This document shows positions 31,228-40,329 of a DNA stretch of 64,000 nt, piece by piece (the first letter of the stretch is position 1; every line of letters begins with the position of its first letter). The DNA is from Thermodesulfobacteriota bacterium (GTDB lineage: Bacteria; Desulfobacterota; Binatia; Bin18), in assembly GCA_964291405.2 (NCBI GenBank), contig OZ219926.1, positions 1,056,001 to 1,120,000 of the forward strand. Direction: 5' to 3'. Under the pieces are notes generated by a model. That model ran no database searches. It was given only the letters and a program-made list of their open reading frames with translations, and was not told the origin of the DNA. The position numbers and the translations under genes are program-made.

Positions 31228-32286
31228 TTAGTACTTGGCCATCACCTTTTCGGCAAAGTCGGTCATCTGCCGGACCGGGTCGTCGTCCATGACCTGAAAG
31301 GCAAAATGCGACAGGCCGGCGTCTTCGAGGGCATGAATACGCTCAATAATCTCGTCCGGCTGACCGATGATGGCCACCACGTCGGCCAGTTCCGGCACGA
31401 TAAATTCCGCCTCGTCCTCGCGCGGATAAATGATATGACCCTCGTGCAGGGTGAGATGGCGCGTTTCCGCAGGGAGTTCCGCCGCATACTTTTTGTAGCG
31501 CTCTACCCAGTCCGCCACTGCCGGAATGGGCGGCAGCAAGGCGCTACCCCACTCTACCTGGACATGCAGGAAATTCATAATGAACGGAGCGACCAGGCTC
31601 ATGATACGCGGCGTCGCGGTGGTCTCACCAGGAGAGAGGACAGCAGTAGGAAAGAAACATTTTGAGGGTACGTCACCCGGTGATTTACCGTGATTCTGGG
31701 CCGCGTCGTCGATGATGGTCCGGGCCGCCTGCAGCCCGTCTGGGTCTATGCCCCAGGTGATGTGGCCGTCCGATTCCGAGCCGCAGTAGGCCAGAGTCTT
31801 GGGACCCAGGGCGGAGATGCTGACCGTTACGGGGTCTTTGAGGTTGATATAACTGCGGTGCGGATGCAGAAAACGAACGGCGTGCTCTTCGCCCTCTTCC
31901 CGGAGCGTTCCCGTCTCACCGTTCAGCAGGGTCTGGATCAGACGCACTTCCTTTTTCATGCGCGTGAGGCTGATGGGTCGTAGACCCATCGTCAGCCGGG
32001 CGGTGTTGCCGGTTCCCACGCCTAATTCAACCCGGCCGGGAGCAAGTTGGTTGATGGTCGCAATCGAATGGGCAATGGTCGGGGCTATGCGCGTCGTCGG
32101 TACGGCCACGCCGGTTCCGAGTCGGATCGTGGAGGTCTTATGTGCGGCCAGGGCCATGGTCGCATAGACGTCCGAGTAGATCATCTGCGAATCGTAAAAC
32201 CAGGCCTGGCTATAGCCCAGCCGCTCGGCCAATTCGATCAGTTCAAAATCGCCAACCCGCGAAGGAAAGGTCACCCCAAAATCCAT
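31228..32286 (-). CDS. LLM-class flavin/F420-dependent oxidoreductase (Mer-like)
   Basis: AERLGYSQAWFYDS, IRLGTGV, APGRVELGVGTG; GAGGAG RBS. Confidence 0.85.
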   Translation of the reverse strand: MDFGVTFPSRVGDFELIELAERLGYSQAWFYDSQMIYSDVYATMALAAHKTSTIRLGTGVAVPTTRIAPTIAHSIATINQLAPGRVELGVGTGNTARLTMGLRPISLTRMKKEVRLIQTLLNGETGTLREEGEEHAVRFLHPHRSYINLKDPVTVSISALGPKTLAYCGSESDGHITWGIDPDGLQAARTIIDDAAQNHGKSPGDVPSKCFFPTAVLSPGETTATPRIMSLVAPFIMNFLHVQVEWGSALLPPIPAVADWVERYKKYAAELPAETRHLTLHEGHIIYPREDEAEFIVPELADVVAIIGQPDEIIERIHALEDAGLSHFAFQVMDDDPVRQMTDFAEKVMAKY

Positions 32287-32394
32287 CAGCTTCTCCTCTT
32301 CGAGTGGAATGCCGCATGCATATCGGGACAGCGGGCCGAGGTCCAGCCGCAGGGCATTATGTCTGGCGTGATATTGATCTCCGGTAGGGCAATC

Positions 32395-32424
32395 TTGACG
32401 AATAGTAAACAAATTGTTTATCGT
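32395..32424 (+). promoter_or_regulatory. higBA promoter with palindromic operator
   Basis: TTGACG-N18-TATCGT enclosing TAAACAA-A-TTGTTTA (32406-32420); GTG start 5 nt after the -10 box. Confidence 0.6.
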
Positions 32425-32429
32425 TACCT

Positions 32430-32711
32430 GTGATTCGTTCGTTCCGTGATACTGAGACGGAAAAAATCTTCAGGCGTCGATTCGTCCGCACACTTCCGCG
32501 CAGTATTCAACAGCGAGCGTTTATGAAACTCAACGCAATCGATGCCGCCCTCAGCCTGGAGGACCTACGCCTTCCCCCTTCGAATCGGCTGGAAGCCCTG
32601 AAAGGGAACCGAAAAGGACAACACAGCATTCGTATTAATGCCCAATGGCGTATCTGCTTTGTCTGGCACGCTGGACATGCGGAGCACGTTGAGATCGTGG
32701 ATTACCACTAA
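32430..32711 (+). CDS. higB: HigB (RelE-family) toxin
   Basis: MIRSFRD, DLRLPPSNRLEALKG.RKGQHSIRIN.QWRICF.W, VEIVDYH. Confidence 0.95.
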   Translation: MIRSFRDTETEKIFRRRFVRTLPRSIQQRAFMKLNAIDAALSLEDLRLPPSNRLEALKGNRKGQHSIRINAQWRICFVWHAGHAEHVEIVDYH

Positions 32712-32720
32712 GGAGGCAAT

Positions 32721-33023
32721 ATGGCCAAAGCACGTCTCGACCCGATACATCCGGGAGTCTACCTCAAAGAACTATTGGACGAGGTCGGCCTGACTCAATA
32801 CCGCCTTGCGCGAGATATTGGGGTACCCGCAATGCGGATTAATTATCTCTTCCACGGGAAGCGACCGGTGACGGCAGAACTCGCCTTGCGCTTGGGACGG
32901 TATTTCGGGCAAAGCCCACGTTACTGGCTGAACCTTCAGAGTCGGTACGACATGGATGTGGCCGAGGATAAGATGGGCGACCAAATTGCCCAAGAAGTTC
33001 GCCCCTTCAAGGCTGTTGCCTGA
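32721..33023 (+). CDS. higA: HigA HTH antitoxin
   Basis: IHPG..L.E, LTQYRLA, TAELALRLGRYFG, WLNLQ. Confidence 0.95.
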   Translation: MAKARLDPIHPGVYLKELLDEVGLTQYRLARDIGVPAMRINYLFHGKRPVTAELALRLGRYFGQSPRYWLNLQSRYDMDVAEDKMGDQIAQEVRPFKAVA

Positions 33024-33084
33024 ATCAGTCTCGCGGGTAGAGCGTTCGAGAGCGTCCCGCTTTCTTATCTATTCGGAGCACGAC

Positions 33085-34095
33085 ATGGCTACCCGGAGCA
33101 GGATCGACCAGGCAATCGAACATCACATCAACGGTCAGTTGGACCAGGCCCTCGGACTCTACGTGCAGGCCCTCCAGGAGGACCCGCAGACCCCGGGGGC
33201 CGCTGACCTCATATCGGCCATCCTCCGGACCTATCTGGAATTGGCCCTGGCTTTGATGAAAACAGGACGCGATAAGGACGCGATCCGGAGTTTTCAGCGC
33301 GTCCTGGCCATCCAGCCCGATGAGGCTGTGGCGCATGCCTATCTCAGTCGGCTCTTCATATCGAGTAACGATTTACAACAGGCCACATATCACCTGCGCC
33401 ACTATCTGCGTCTCGTGCAGGAGGATCATATCGGAGCCAGGATGCTCCTGGCTTATACGGGCGCAGAGACGATCCCGGAGCGACCCGCACCGGCCTATAT
33501 TACGCGCCTGTATGATAATTATGCTGCCTCGTACGACCAGAAGTTGGTCAACAGCCTGCACTACCAGTGCCCGCAGTTGATTCGGGCGGCATTGGAGCGG
33601 CACTGTCAGGATAAAGTCACTATTCTTGACCTGGGCTGTGGAACCGGTTTGTGTGGCCAGGCGATCAGTTCGATGGCCACGCGCCTGGATGGTGTGGACC
33701 TGTCCCCACAGATGCTGGCCAAAGCCAGACAGCGCGCGATCTACAATGAGCTGGCAGTGGGCGACCTCTATTCCTTTCTGGAGAAAAAGGCGAATTGTTA
33801 TGACGTGATTGTTGCTGCCGGTGTATTTGAGCATATCGGCGACCCGCACCACGTCTTCCGGGCCGCGTTCGACGCACTCCGGGACTCCGGCCTGTTCATT
33901 TTCACGGCCGAGGACAACCCGACCCGGGAGCTGAGCGTGAACAGCTCAGGGTACTATATGCACGGCCGGGACTATCTTGCAGAGCGAGCGGTGCAGTGCG
34001 GATTTGCCGTCAGTTCTCTTGAGTCAGCCACGCTGCGCCTTGATAATGGCGCAGCGGTCCGGGGGCTGTGTGTCGTGCTGAGCAAGACCCCGTAA
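33085..34095 (+). CDS. TPR-repeat + class I SAM-dependent methyltransferase
   Basis: N-terminal TPR helices; YDNYA..YD..LV..L.Y, LDLGCGTGLCG, GVDLS.QML. Confidence 0.85.
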   Translation: MATRSRIDQAIEHHINGQLDQALGLYVQALQEDPQTPGAADLISAILRTYLELALALMKTGRDKDAIRSFQRVLAIQPDEAVAHAYLSRLFISSNDLQQATYHLRHYLRLVQEDHIGARMLLAYTGAETIPERPAPAYITRLYDNYAASYDQKLVNSLHYQCPQLIRAALERHCQDKVTILDLGCGTGLCGQAISSMATRLDGVDLSPQMLAKARQRAIYNELAVGDLYSFLEKKANCYDVIVAAGVFEHIGDPHHVFRAAFDALRDSGLFIFTAEDNPTRELSVNSSGYYMHGRDYLAERAVQCGFAVSSLESATLRLDNGAAVRGLCVVLSKTP

Positions 34096-34134
34096 CGAAC
34101 TGGCAAAGAACCGGGGGCGATGTGAGTGGTCGGT

Positions 34135-36444
34135 TTACTCAACCGTCTCTACTGGCTCAGCAGGCTCTTCTGCTTCGCTGTCTGCCGGGGTGTAGGAAAA
34201 CGTCAGCTTTTCCTCGTCAAAGTCGATCTCGACCTCGCCCCCTTCTTGGAGCTGCCCGAACAGAATCTCATCCGCCAGCACCTGCTTCACCTCGGTCTGG
34301 ATCAGGCGAGCCATCGGGCGGGCACCAAAGGTCTTGTCATAGCCCTTTTCCGCCAGATAGCGGCGCGCAGCTGGCGTTAGCGTAATGGACACTTTGCGTT
34401 CGGTGAGTTGCTCGACGAGTTCCTTCACGAACTTTTCAACCACGCGCTCAATGGCCTGCATGGGCAGGGAGCGAAAGTGTACGATGGCGTCCAGGCGGTT
34501 CCGAAATTCCGGGCTGAAGAGCTTCTCAATCGCCTGCTGATCCTTGCCTTCGTTTGAGATATTGCCAAAGCCAATGGCATGCGCCGCTATCTCACGGGCG
34601 CCGGCATTGCTGGTCATGATAATAATCACATGCCGGAAGTCGGCCTTCTTACCATTGTTATCGGTCAGGGTGGCGTGGTCCATAACCTGCAATAAGATAT
34701 TGAACAGGTCGGGATGGGCCTTTTCGATCTCGTCCAGCAGGAGAACCGCGTGCGGATTGCGCGTAACCGCGTCGGTCAACAACCCACCCTGATCGAAGCC
34801 GACGTATCCCGGAGGCGCGCCAATCAGACGCGAGACCGTATGCTTCTCCATATACTCGCTCATATCGAAGCGCAGAAATTGGAGACCCAGGGTTTCCGCC
34901 AGTTGCTTGGCGACCTCGGTTTTGCCCACTCCGGTCGGCCCCGAGAACAGAAACGAACCAACGGGTTTTTCGGGTTGGCCCAGGCCGGCGCGTGCCAGCC
35001 GAATAGCCCGCACCAGGGTTTCAATCGCCGTATCCTGGCCAAAGACCACGCCCTTGAGGTCGGCATCCAGGCTCTGCAAGCGCTCCTTGTCCGAAGCGGA
35101 AACGCTGCGGGGCGGTATGCGGGCAATCTTGGCCACAATGGACTCGATGTCGGTGTCATGAATAATCTTCTTACCGTCTTCCTCCGGAGCGGGGCGAATC
35201 TGAAAGGACGCCCCCACCTCGTCTATCACATCTATCGCTTTGTCCGGCAGAAACCGATCATTTATATATTTTGCCGACAGTTCGGCCGCGGCCTTGAGCG
35301 CGTCACGCGTGTATTCTACTCCGTGGTGTTCTTCGTAGTGGGGCTTGAGGCCGTTCAGGATTTCCACGGCGTCTTCGATGCTCGGCTCGTGGACTTCAAT
35401 TTTCTGGAATCGCCGGGCCAGGGCCCGGTCCCGTTCAAAATAACTCCGGTACTCGTGATAGGTGGTGGCGCCGATACAGCGCATCTTTCCGGACGCCAAC
35501 GCCGGTTTGAGGATATTCGAGGCGTCCATGGACCCCCCGCTGGTTGCGCCTGCTCCGACAATGGTGTGGATTTCATCGATAAACAGGATGGCCCCCGGCT
35601 GTTTATCGAGCGCTTTCAGCACGGCTTTGAGCCGTTCTTCAAACTGGCCCCGGAATTTTGTGCCGGCCAGGACTGAGCCCATATCGAGCGAGTAGATGCG
35701 GGCCTCTTTTAAGACCTCGGGCACCTCGTCCTCGGCAATCTTGAGCGCCAGCCCGTCGACAATCGCGGTCTTGCCGACCCCCGAATCGCCGACGTAGATC
35801 GGGTTGTTCTTGCGCCGCCGGCACAAGACATGAATGGTCCGCTCAATCTCGATCTCGCGACCGATTAGCGGATCAATATCCCCGTCCTTGGCCTTTTGTA
35901 CGAGATTGGTGGTAAACGCCTCAAGCGGGTCTTTGACCGGACGGGGCTCGCCGTCTTCGTCGTGGCTGTCGTGCGCAGCGCCGGACTCGGCTTCTTCATC
36001 GGACGGCGTTTTGGAAATGCCGTGCGAGATATAATTCAGCACATCAAGTCGGGTCACGCCGTGCTTCTCCAGGAGATAGACCGCGTGACTGTTGTCCTCG
36101 CGAAACAGGGCGACAAAGAAATTACGCGTCTCAATGACTTCTTTGCCCGCGGATTGCACATGAGCCGCCGCCCGCTGTAAGACCCGGTGAAAGGCCAGGG
36201 TCTGCTGGGGGTCAACCTCACCGGCATCCTCCGGCAGCGACTCCAGATTCTCTTTGAGAAATTCCTCAAGGTCGGCTTGGAGTTCTTTAACGTCTCCGCC
36301 GCACTGCCGCACAATCTCGGCTACGGTCTCATCGAACAGCAAGGCGTGCAGCACATGTTCCAAACAGAGAAACTCGTGCCGGCGGCGCCGTGCCTCGTTA
36401 ATCGCCAGACCAATCGTGACTTCCAGTTCTCGACTAATTCGCAT
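34135..36444 (-). CDS. clpA: ATP-dependent Clp protease ATP-binding subunit ClpA
   Basis: Two AAA+ modules (GDSGVGKT, GPTGVGKT), IGF ClpP-binding loop; downstream of clpS. Confidence 0.97.
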   Translation of the reverse strand: MRISRELEVTIGLAINEARRRRHEFLCLEHVLHALLFDETVAEIVRQCGGDVKELQADLEEFLKENLESLPEDAGEVDPQQTLAFHRVLQRAAAHVQSAGKEVIETRNFFVALFREDNSHAVYLLEKHGVTRLDVLNYISHGISKTPSDEEAESGAAHDSHDEDGEPRPVKDPLEAFTTNLVQKAKDGDIDPLIGREIEIERTIHVLCRRRKNNPIYVGDSGVGKTAIVDGLALKIAEDEVPEVLKEARIYSLDMGSVLAGTKFRGQFEERLKAVLKALDKQPGAILFIDEIHTIVGAGATSGGSMDASNILKPALASGKMRCIGATTYHEYRSYFERDRALARRFQKIEVHEPSIEDAVEILNGLKPHYEEHHGVEYTRDALKAAAELSAKYINDRFLPDKAIDVIDEVGASFQIRPAPEEDGKKIIHDTDIESIVAKIARIPPRSVSASDKERLQSLDADLKGVVFGQDTAIETLVRAIRLARAGLGQPEKPVGSFLFSGPTGVGKTEVAKQLAETLGLQFLRFDMSEYMEKHTVSRLIGAPPGYVGFDQGGLLTDAVTRNPHAVLLLDEIEKAHPDLFNILLQVMDHATLTDNNGKKADFRHVIIIMTSNAGAREIAAHAIGFGNISNEGKDQQAIEKLFSPEFRNRLDAIVHFRSLPMQAIERVVEKFVKELVEQLTERKVSITLTPAARRYLAEKGYDKTFGARPMARLIQTEVKQVLADEILFGQLQEGGEVEIDFDEEKLTFSYTPADSEAEEPAEPVETVE

Positions 36445-36461
36445 GGTAAGGGCTCCGCTCG

Positions 36462-36785
36462 CTAGGCTTCTTCCATACTGCACTTTAAGGGAAATTCATG
36501 TTTCTTGGCTAAACTGTCAACGCGGGAGACTTTCGCCTCCGCCACCTCATAGGTATAGACACCGGCCACACCAGTTCCCTGACGATGGACGTGGAGCATG
36601 ATCTGGGTGGCCTTGGTTGCGTCGTGACGAAAGACGGACTGAAGAATATAGACCACAAACTCCATGGTCGTGTAATCATCGTTGTGCAACAGGACCTTGT
36701 AGAGCGGTGGCTTCTTGAGCTTTTTTTCCGTTTCGGTAACTGTGCCGTGGTCGAGATCCGTGTCACGATCATTCTGGTCTCTCAT
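36462..36785 (-). CDS. clpS: Clp protease adaptor ClpS
   Basis: PPLYKVLLHNDDYTTMEFVV, IMLHVH, FPLKC. Confidence 0.96.
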   Translation of the reverse strand: MRDQNDRDTDLDHGTVTETEKKLKKPPLYKVLLHNDDYTTMEFVVYILQSVFRHDATKATQIMLHVHRQGTGVAGVYTYEVAEAKVSRVDSLAKKHEFPLKCSMEEA

Positions 36786-37010
36786 AACACCCTCGCACTC
36801 TTCATCTACTCCTGTGTTTTCTACCGCGATCAAGTGACCTAGACAAGCAGGCAGCCGACAAAACCCTACACTCTTATCAGGGCAGGACCTCAGCGTCACC
36901 CTGAGCTGCCTGTACCAATTGCTAAGGCCGTTGCGCTTCTGGTATCCCTATTCGCACAATCCTCATACGCGCCCTGAGAAACCTGTGAGATATTTCTCTA
37001 CGGAGGTAAC

Positions 37011-39581
37011 ATGCCAGACACGTCGTCACATAGGCTGCCCGAAACCGCGACACCCGAACGGTACGTGATTCGCCTGACTCCCGATCTGACCCACTTTACT
37101 TTTACGGGTGAGGAAACGATCACCCTCACCGTTCACGAGGCCACTCACACCTTGGTCCTGAACGCCTGCGAGCTGACGATTCAGCAGGTTGCGCTTGCTG
37201 ATGAAACCGGCGCAAGCCAAGCGGGCAGCGTGACTCTCGACGAACCAAACGAGCGGGCGGTGCTCGAGTTCCCGCAGGCCATCAGCCCCGGCCACTATAC
37301 CTTGCAGATCGCGTTTGAAGGCATCCTCAACGACAAGCTGCGCGGCTTTTACCGCAGTACCTATAAGAACGCCGAGGGTGCGGACGTCATCTTGGCCTCA
37401 ACCCAATTTGAGTCCACCGACGCCCGGCGGGCCTTTCCGTGTTGGGATGAGCCGGCGGCCAAGGCCGTCTTTCAGGCAACGCTGGTGATTGATGAGGGGC
37501 TGACGGCCATCTCCAATACCGCCGTTGTGAGTGAGGACCCGCTCCCCGGGACGGGCAAGAAAGCCGTCGTGTTTGCCGACACGATAAAGATGTCTACCTA
37601 TCTGGTGGCCTTCATCGTGGGTGAGTTTGAGGCTAGCGAAGCCGTGCATATTGATGGCAAACCGCTGCGCGTGTGGGCCATACCGGGCAAACAGCATCTG
37701 ACCGCCTTCGGGCGTGCCATCGGCGCTGCGTCGCTGCAATTCTTCAGCGACTACTACGGTCGGCCCTATCCCGGTGACAAGCTCGACCTGATTGCCATCC
37801 CGGATTTCGCAGCCGGGGCGATGGAGAACTTGGGCGCCATTACGTTTCGGGAGACCGCCCTGCTCATCGATGAACAGACGGCCGCCCGGAGTGAGTTGGA
37901 ACGCGTCGCGGACGTGGTCTCACACGAGAATGCACATATGTGGTTTGGTGATCTGGTGACTATGCGCTGGTGGAACGGCCTGTGGCTCAACGAGGCGTTT
38001 GCCACGTTCATGGAAATGATGGCCGTCGATGCCTGGAAGCCCGAATGGCAGCGCTGGACCAGCTTTGCCGTCTCGCGGGCCGCGGCGCTCCAGGTTGACG
38101 GGCTGCGCAGCTCCCGCCCCATCGAGTTTCCGGTCGAACACCCGGACGAGGCCCAGGGTATGTTCGATATTCTGACCTATGAGAAAGGCGCCGCCGTTCT
38201 GCGCATGCTGGAGCAATATCTCGGCCCCCAGGCATTTCAAAAAGGCATCGGCCATTATCTCGGGAAACACGAATACGACAACGCGGAAACAACCGACCTG
38301 TGGGATGCATTAGAGGAAGCCACCCAACAGCCGGTCCGGTCCATGATGGATAGCTGGGTCTTCCAGGCCGGTTATCCCCTGATTTCCGTTGCTGTGGACG
38401 GCTCTGATCTTGTGCTGTCTCAACAGCCGTTTCACTATATGCAAAACGGCAACCGCCAGGCTGAAGACAAACGCTGGCAGGCCCCGGTTTTTATCAAAAC
38501 CAAAAGAGCTGCCGAAACCGAGACCCAGACCGCCATGCTGACCACCGGCGAACTGCGCCTGCCCCTGTCGGAGCGGCCGGACTGGGTCGTCGTCAACGCG
38601 GGCGGGTATGGCTTTTATCGGGTCCGGTATGCGCCAGACCTGCTCGACCAGCTTACCGCGGATATACACGCCCAGCTCTCTCCGATCGAGCGCTTCAACC
38701 TGATCAACGATACCTGGGCAACCGCGCAAGCCGGTCTGACGCCGCTATCCGCCTACCTCGACCTTCTGTCCGTATTCCGGGAAGAATCAGACCACAATGT
38801 GTGGGCCGCCATTCTCGGCTCGTGTCATTATCTTTACCGCCTGCTCGACCCGGAACAGCGGCCGGCCTTACAGCGTCATATCCGTGAGCTGCTCACCCCG
38901 CTCATCCAGCGGTTGGGCTGGACGCCTCAAGATGGGGAAGATGCTCTTATCGGCCAGCTCAGAGGAGATCTGCTCGGCGCTCTGGGCACCCTGGGAGACG
39001 ATACCGCCACCCAAGCGCAGGCGCGGACGCTCTATACGCAGTATCGGGCCGATCGAAACACTGTGGACCGCAATCTGGTGCCCGCGCTGGTGTCGATTCT
39101 GGCCTATACTGGCGACGCTACGACGTACGACGAATTTCGGCAGATTTCACACAACGCCGCAACACCGCAAGAAGAGCAGCGTTATCAGTTCGCGTTGGCC
39201 AGCTTCCGTCAGCCCGACCTCTTCACCCGGACCCTGGATATGACGCTCAACGGCGAGGTTCGTACCCAGAACGCGCCCTACCTCATGCGGTCGCTGTTGA
39301 TGAATACCGAGGGCCGCGAACTGGCCTGGCAGTTTCTCCAGGAACGCTGGGACGACATGCTGGAGAAATGGCCGGATGTGTCTATCGTGCGCATGTGCGA
39401 GGGGATCGTCGCGCTCGTCACACCCGAGCTTGAGGCCCAGGTCAACACCTTCTTCACCGACCACCCCGTCCCGAACGCCGGCAAGATGATGGCTCAACAC
39501 CTGGAAAAGCTGCACGTTGCGGTGGCCTGCCAGCAACGCGAGGCCAAGAACCTGCGGGAGTATTTTGAGCGGACGGGGTAG
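37011..39581 (+). CDS. M1 family aminopeptidase (puromycin-sensitive/ERAP1-like)
   Basis: GAMEN, HENAH...WLNE zinc motif, YEKG; GGAGG RBS. Confidence 0.93.
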   Translation: MPDTSSHRLPETATPERYVIRLTPDLTHFTFTGEETITLTVHEATHTLVLNACELTIQQVALADETGASQAGSVTLDEPNERAVLEFPQAISPGHYTLQIAFEGILNDKLRGFYRSTYKNAEGADVILASTQFESTDARRAFPCWDEPAAKAVFQATLVIDEGLTAISNTAVVSEDPLPGTGKKAVVFADTIKMSTYLVAFIVGEFEASEAVHIDGKPLRVWAIPGKQHLTAFGRAIGAASLQFFSDYYGRPYPGDKLDLIAIPDFAAGAMENLGAITFRETALLIDEQTAARSELERVADVVSHENAHMWFGDLVTMRWWNGLWLNEAFATFMEMMAVDAWKPEWQRWTSFAVSRAAALQVDGLRSSRPIEFPVEHPDEAQGMFDILTYEKGAAVLRMLEQYLGPQAFQKGIGHYLGKHEYDNAETTDLWDALEEATQQPVRSMMDSWVFQAGYPLISVAVDGSDLVLSQQPFHYMQNGNRQAEDKRWQAPVFIKTKRAAETETQTAMLTTGELRLPLSERPDWVVVNAGGYGFYRVRYAPDLLDQLTADIHAQLSPIERFNLINDTWATAQAGLTPLSAYLDLLSVFREESDHNVWAAILGSCHYLYRLLDPEQRPALQRHIRELLTPLIQRLGWTPQDGEDALIGQLRGDLLGALGTLGDDTATQAQARTLYTQYRADRNTVDRNLVPALVSILAYTGDATTYDEFRQISHNAATPQEEQRYQFALASFRQPDLFTRTLDMTLNGEVRTQNAPYLMRSLLMNTEGRELAWQFLQERWDDMLEKWPDVSIVRMCEGIVALVTPELEAQVNTFFTDHPVPNAGKMMAQHLEKLHVAVACQQREAKNLREYFERTG

Positions 39582-39590
39582 CGTGGGTCA

Positions 39591-39845
39591 ATGAAGCAAC
39601 GGAAATTACGTTATCACTATGATCGTGAAGCGGATGTCATGTATTTTTACTTCCATCGTCCGCGAAAGGCTAAAACCGTGGAATTGAATGCAGACTTTTT
39701 GCTGCGGCTTGACCCGGTAACTGAAGAAGTCGCCGGTCTGACCGTCATCAGCTTCTCGCAACATTTTTCGTTCTTACAAGGGAAGGTGCCGGATGACGGG
39801 GAAGTAGAAACCAAGACAATTATCAAGACCCTGCTGGCGGCCTGA
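39591..39845 (+). CDS. DUF2283-like small protein (putative orphan antitoxin)
   Basis: YHYDREADVMY, LLRLDP...VAGLTV pattern. Confidence 0.7.
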   Translation: MKQRKLRYHYDREADVMYFYFHRPRKAKTVELNADFLLRLDPVTEEVAGLTVISFSQHFSFLQGKVPDDGEVETKTIIKTLLAA

Positions 39846-39951
39846 GTCCCGGAGTTGCGCACCCCTATGCGAGGTTAAGGAGACCTCTTGCACCGTAAAG
39901 ATGTTCCGATGAGTGAGTTTGTTATCTGTATCGACAGCGAGAGTAACCCGG

Positions 39952-40107
39952 CTAGAGCAGTTTCCTCCGTGGTGTAGCGAGGTGCTCTCCAGAGTTCCGT
40001 AGGGTGCATCCCATGCACCACCTTTCCCCGGTGCGCAGGGCGCCCCCTACGTATCAGGAAACGCGCGGAGGCCGTTGGACGCTACACTAATGTGAATTTT
40101 GCTCTAG
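39952..40107. mobile_element. Non-autonomous MITE-like element (~150 bp) inserted at CTAG
   Basis: Terminal inverted repeats CTAGAGCA-N12-GTGTAGCG (39952-39979) and CGCTACAC-N12-TGCTCTAG (40080-40107); duplicated target (TA or CTAG); splits an ORF. Confidence 0.85.
39999..40050. repeat. REP doublet (REPIN-like) inside the MITE
   Basis: GTAG-GGTGCA-TCCCA-TGCACC followed by the inverted unit GGTGCGCAGGGCGCCCC-CTAC. Confidence 0.8.
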
Positions 40108-40299
40108 TCTGATCGTGGGGAAAGTCTACCGTACTCTGTCTGACGCTGAGGCCCGGACACGCGGCCTCCTCAGGGTTTTGGATGAAGATACGTCGGAGCC
40201 AGATGGATATCTCTATCCGGCCTCCATATTTGCACCGGTTGACCTGCCTGAGGCAGCAAAGAGAGCTTTAACCGCAGCGTGTGTTTGAGTCTAAGGGCT

Positions 40300-40329
40300 G
40301 TCGGATTACGCGGTGCTAATCCGACCTAC
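40300..40329 (-). repeat. GTAG REP hairpin overlapping the lysS stop codon
   Basis: Minus strand GTAG-GTCGGATTA-GCACCGCG-TAATCCGAC; the TAG of GTAG is the lysS stop. Confidence 0.8.

Larger units (their letters stand above)
39909..40288 (+). pseudogene. 75-aa hypothetical gene interrupted by a MITE
   Basis: MSEFVICIDSESNPA (39909-39953) joins in frame to SLIVGKVYRTLSD...RVLDED...YLYPASIFAPVDLP...CV* after removing the 152 bp between two CTAG copies. Confidence 0.8.
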
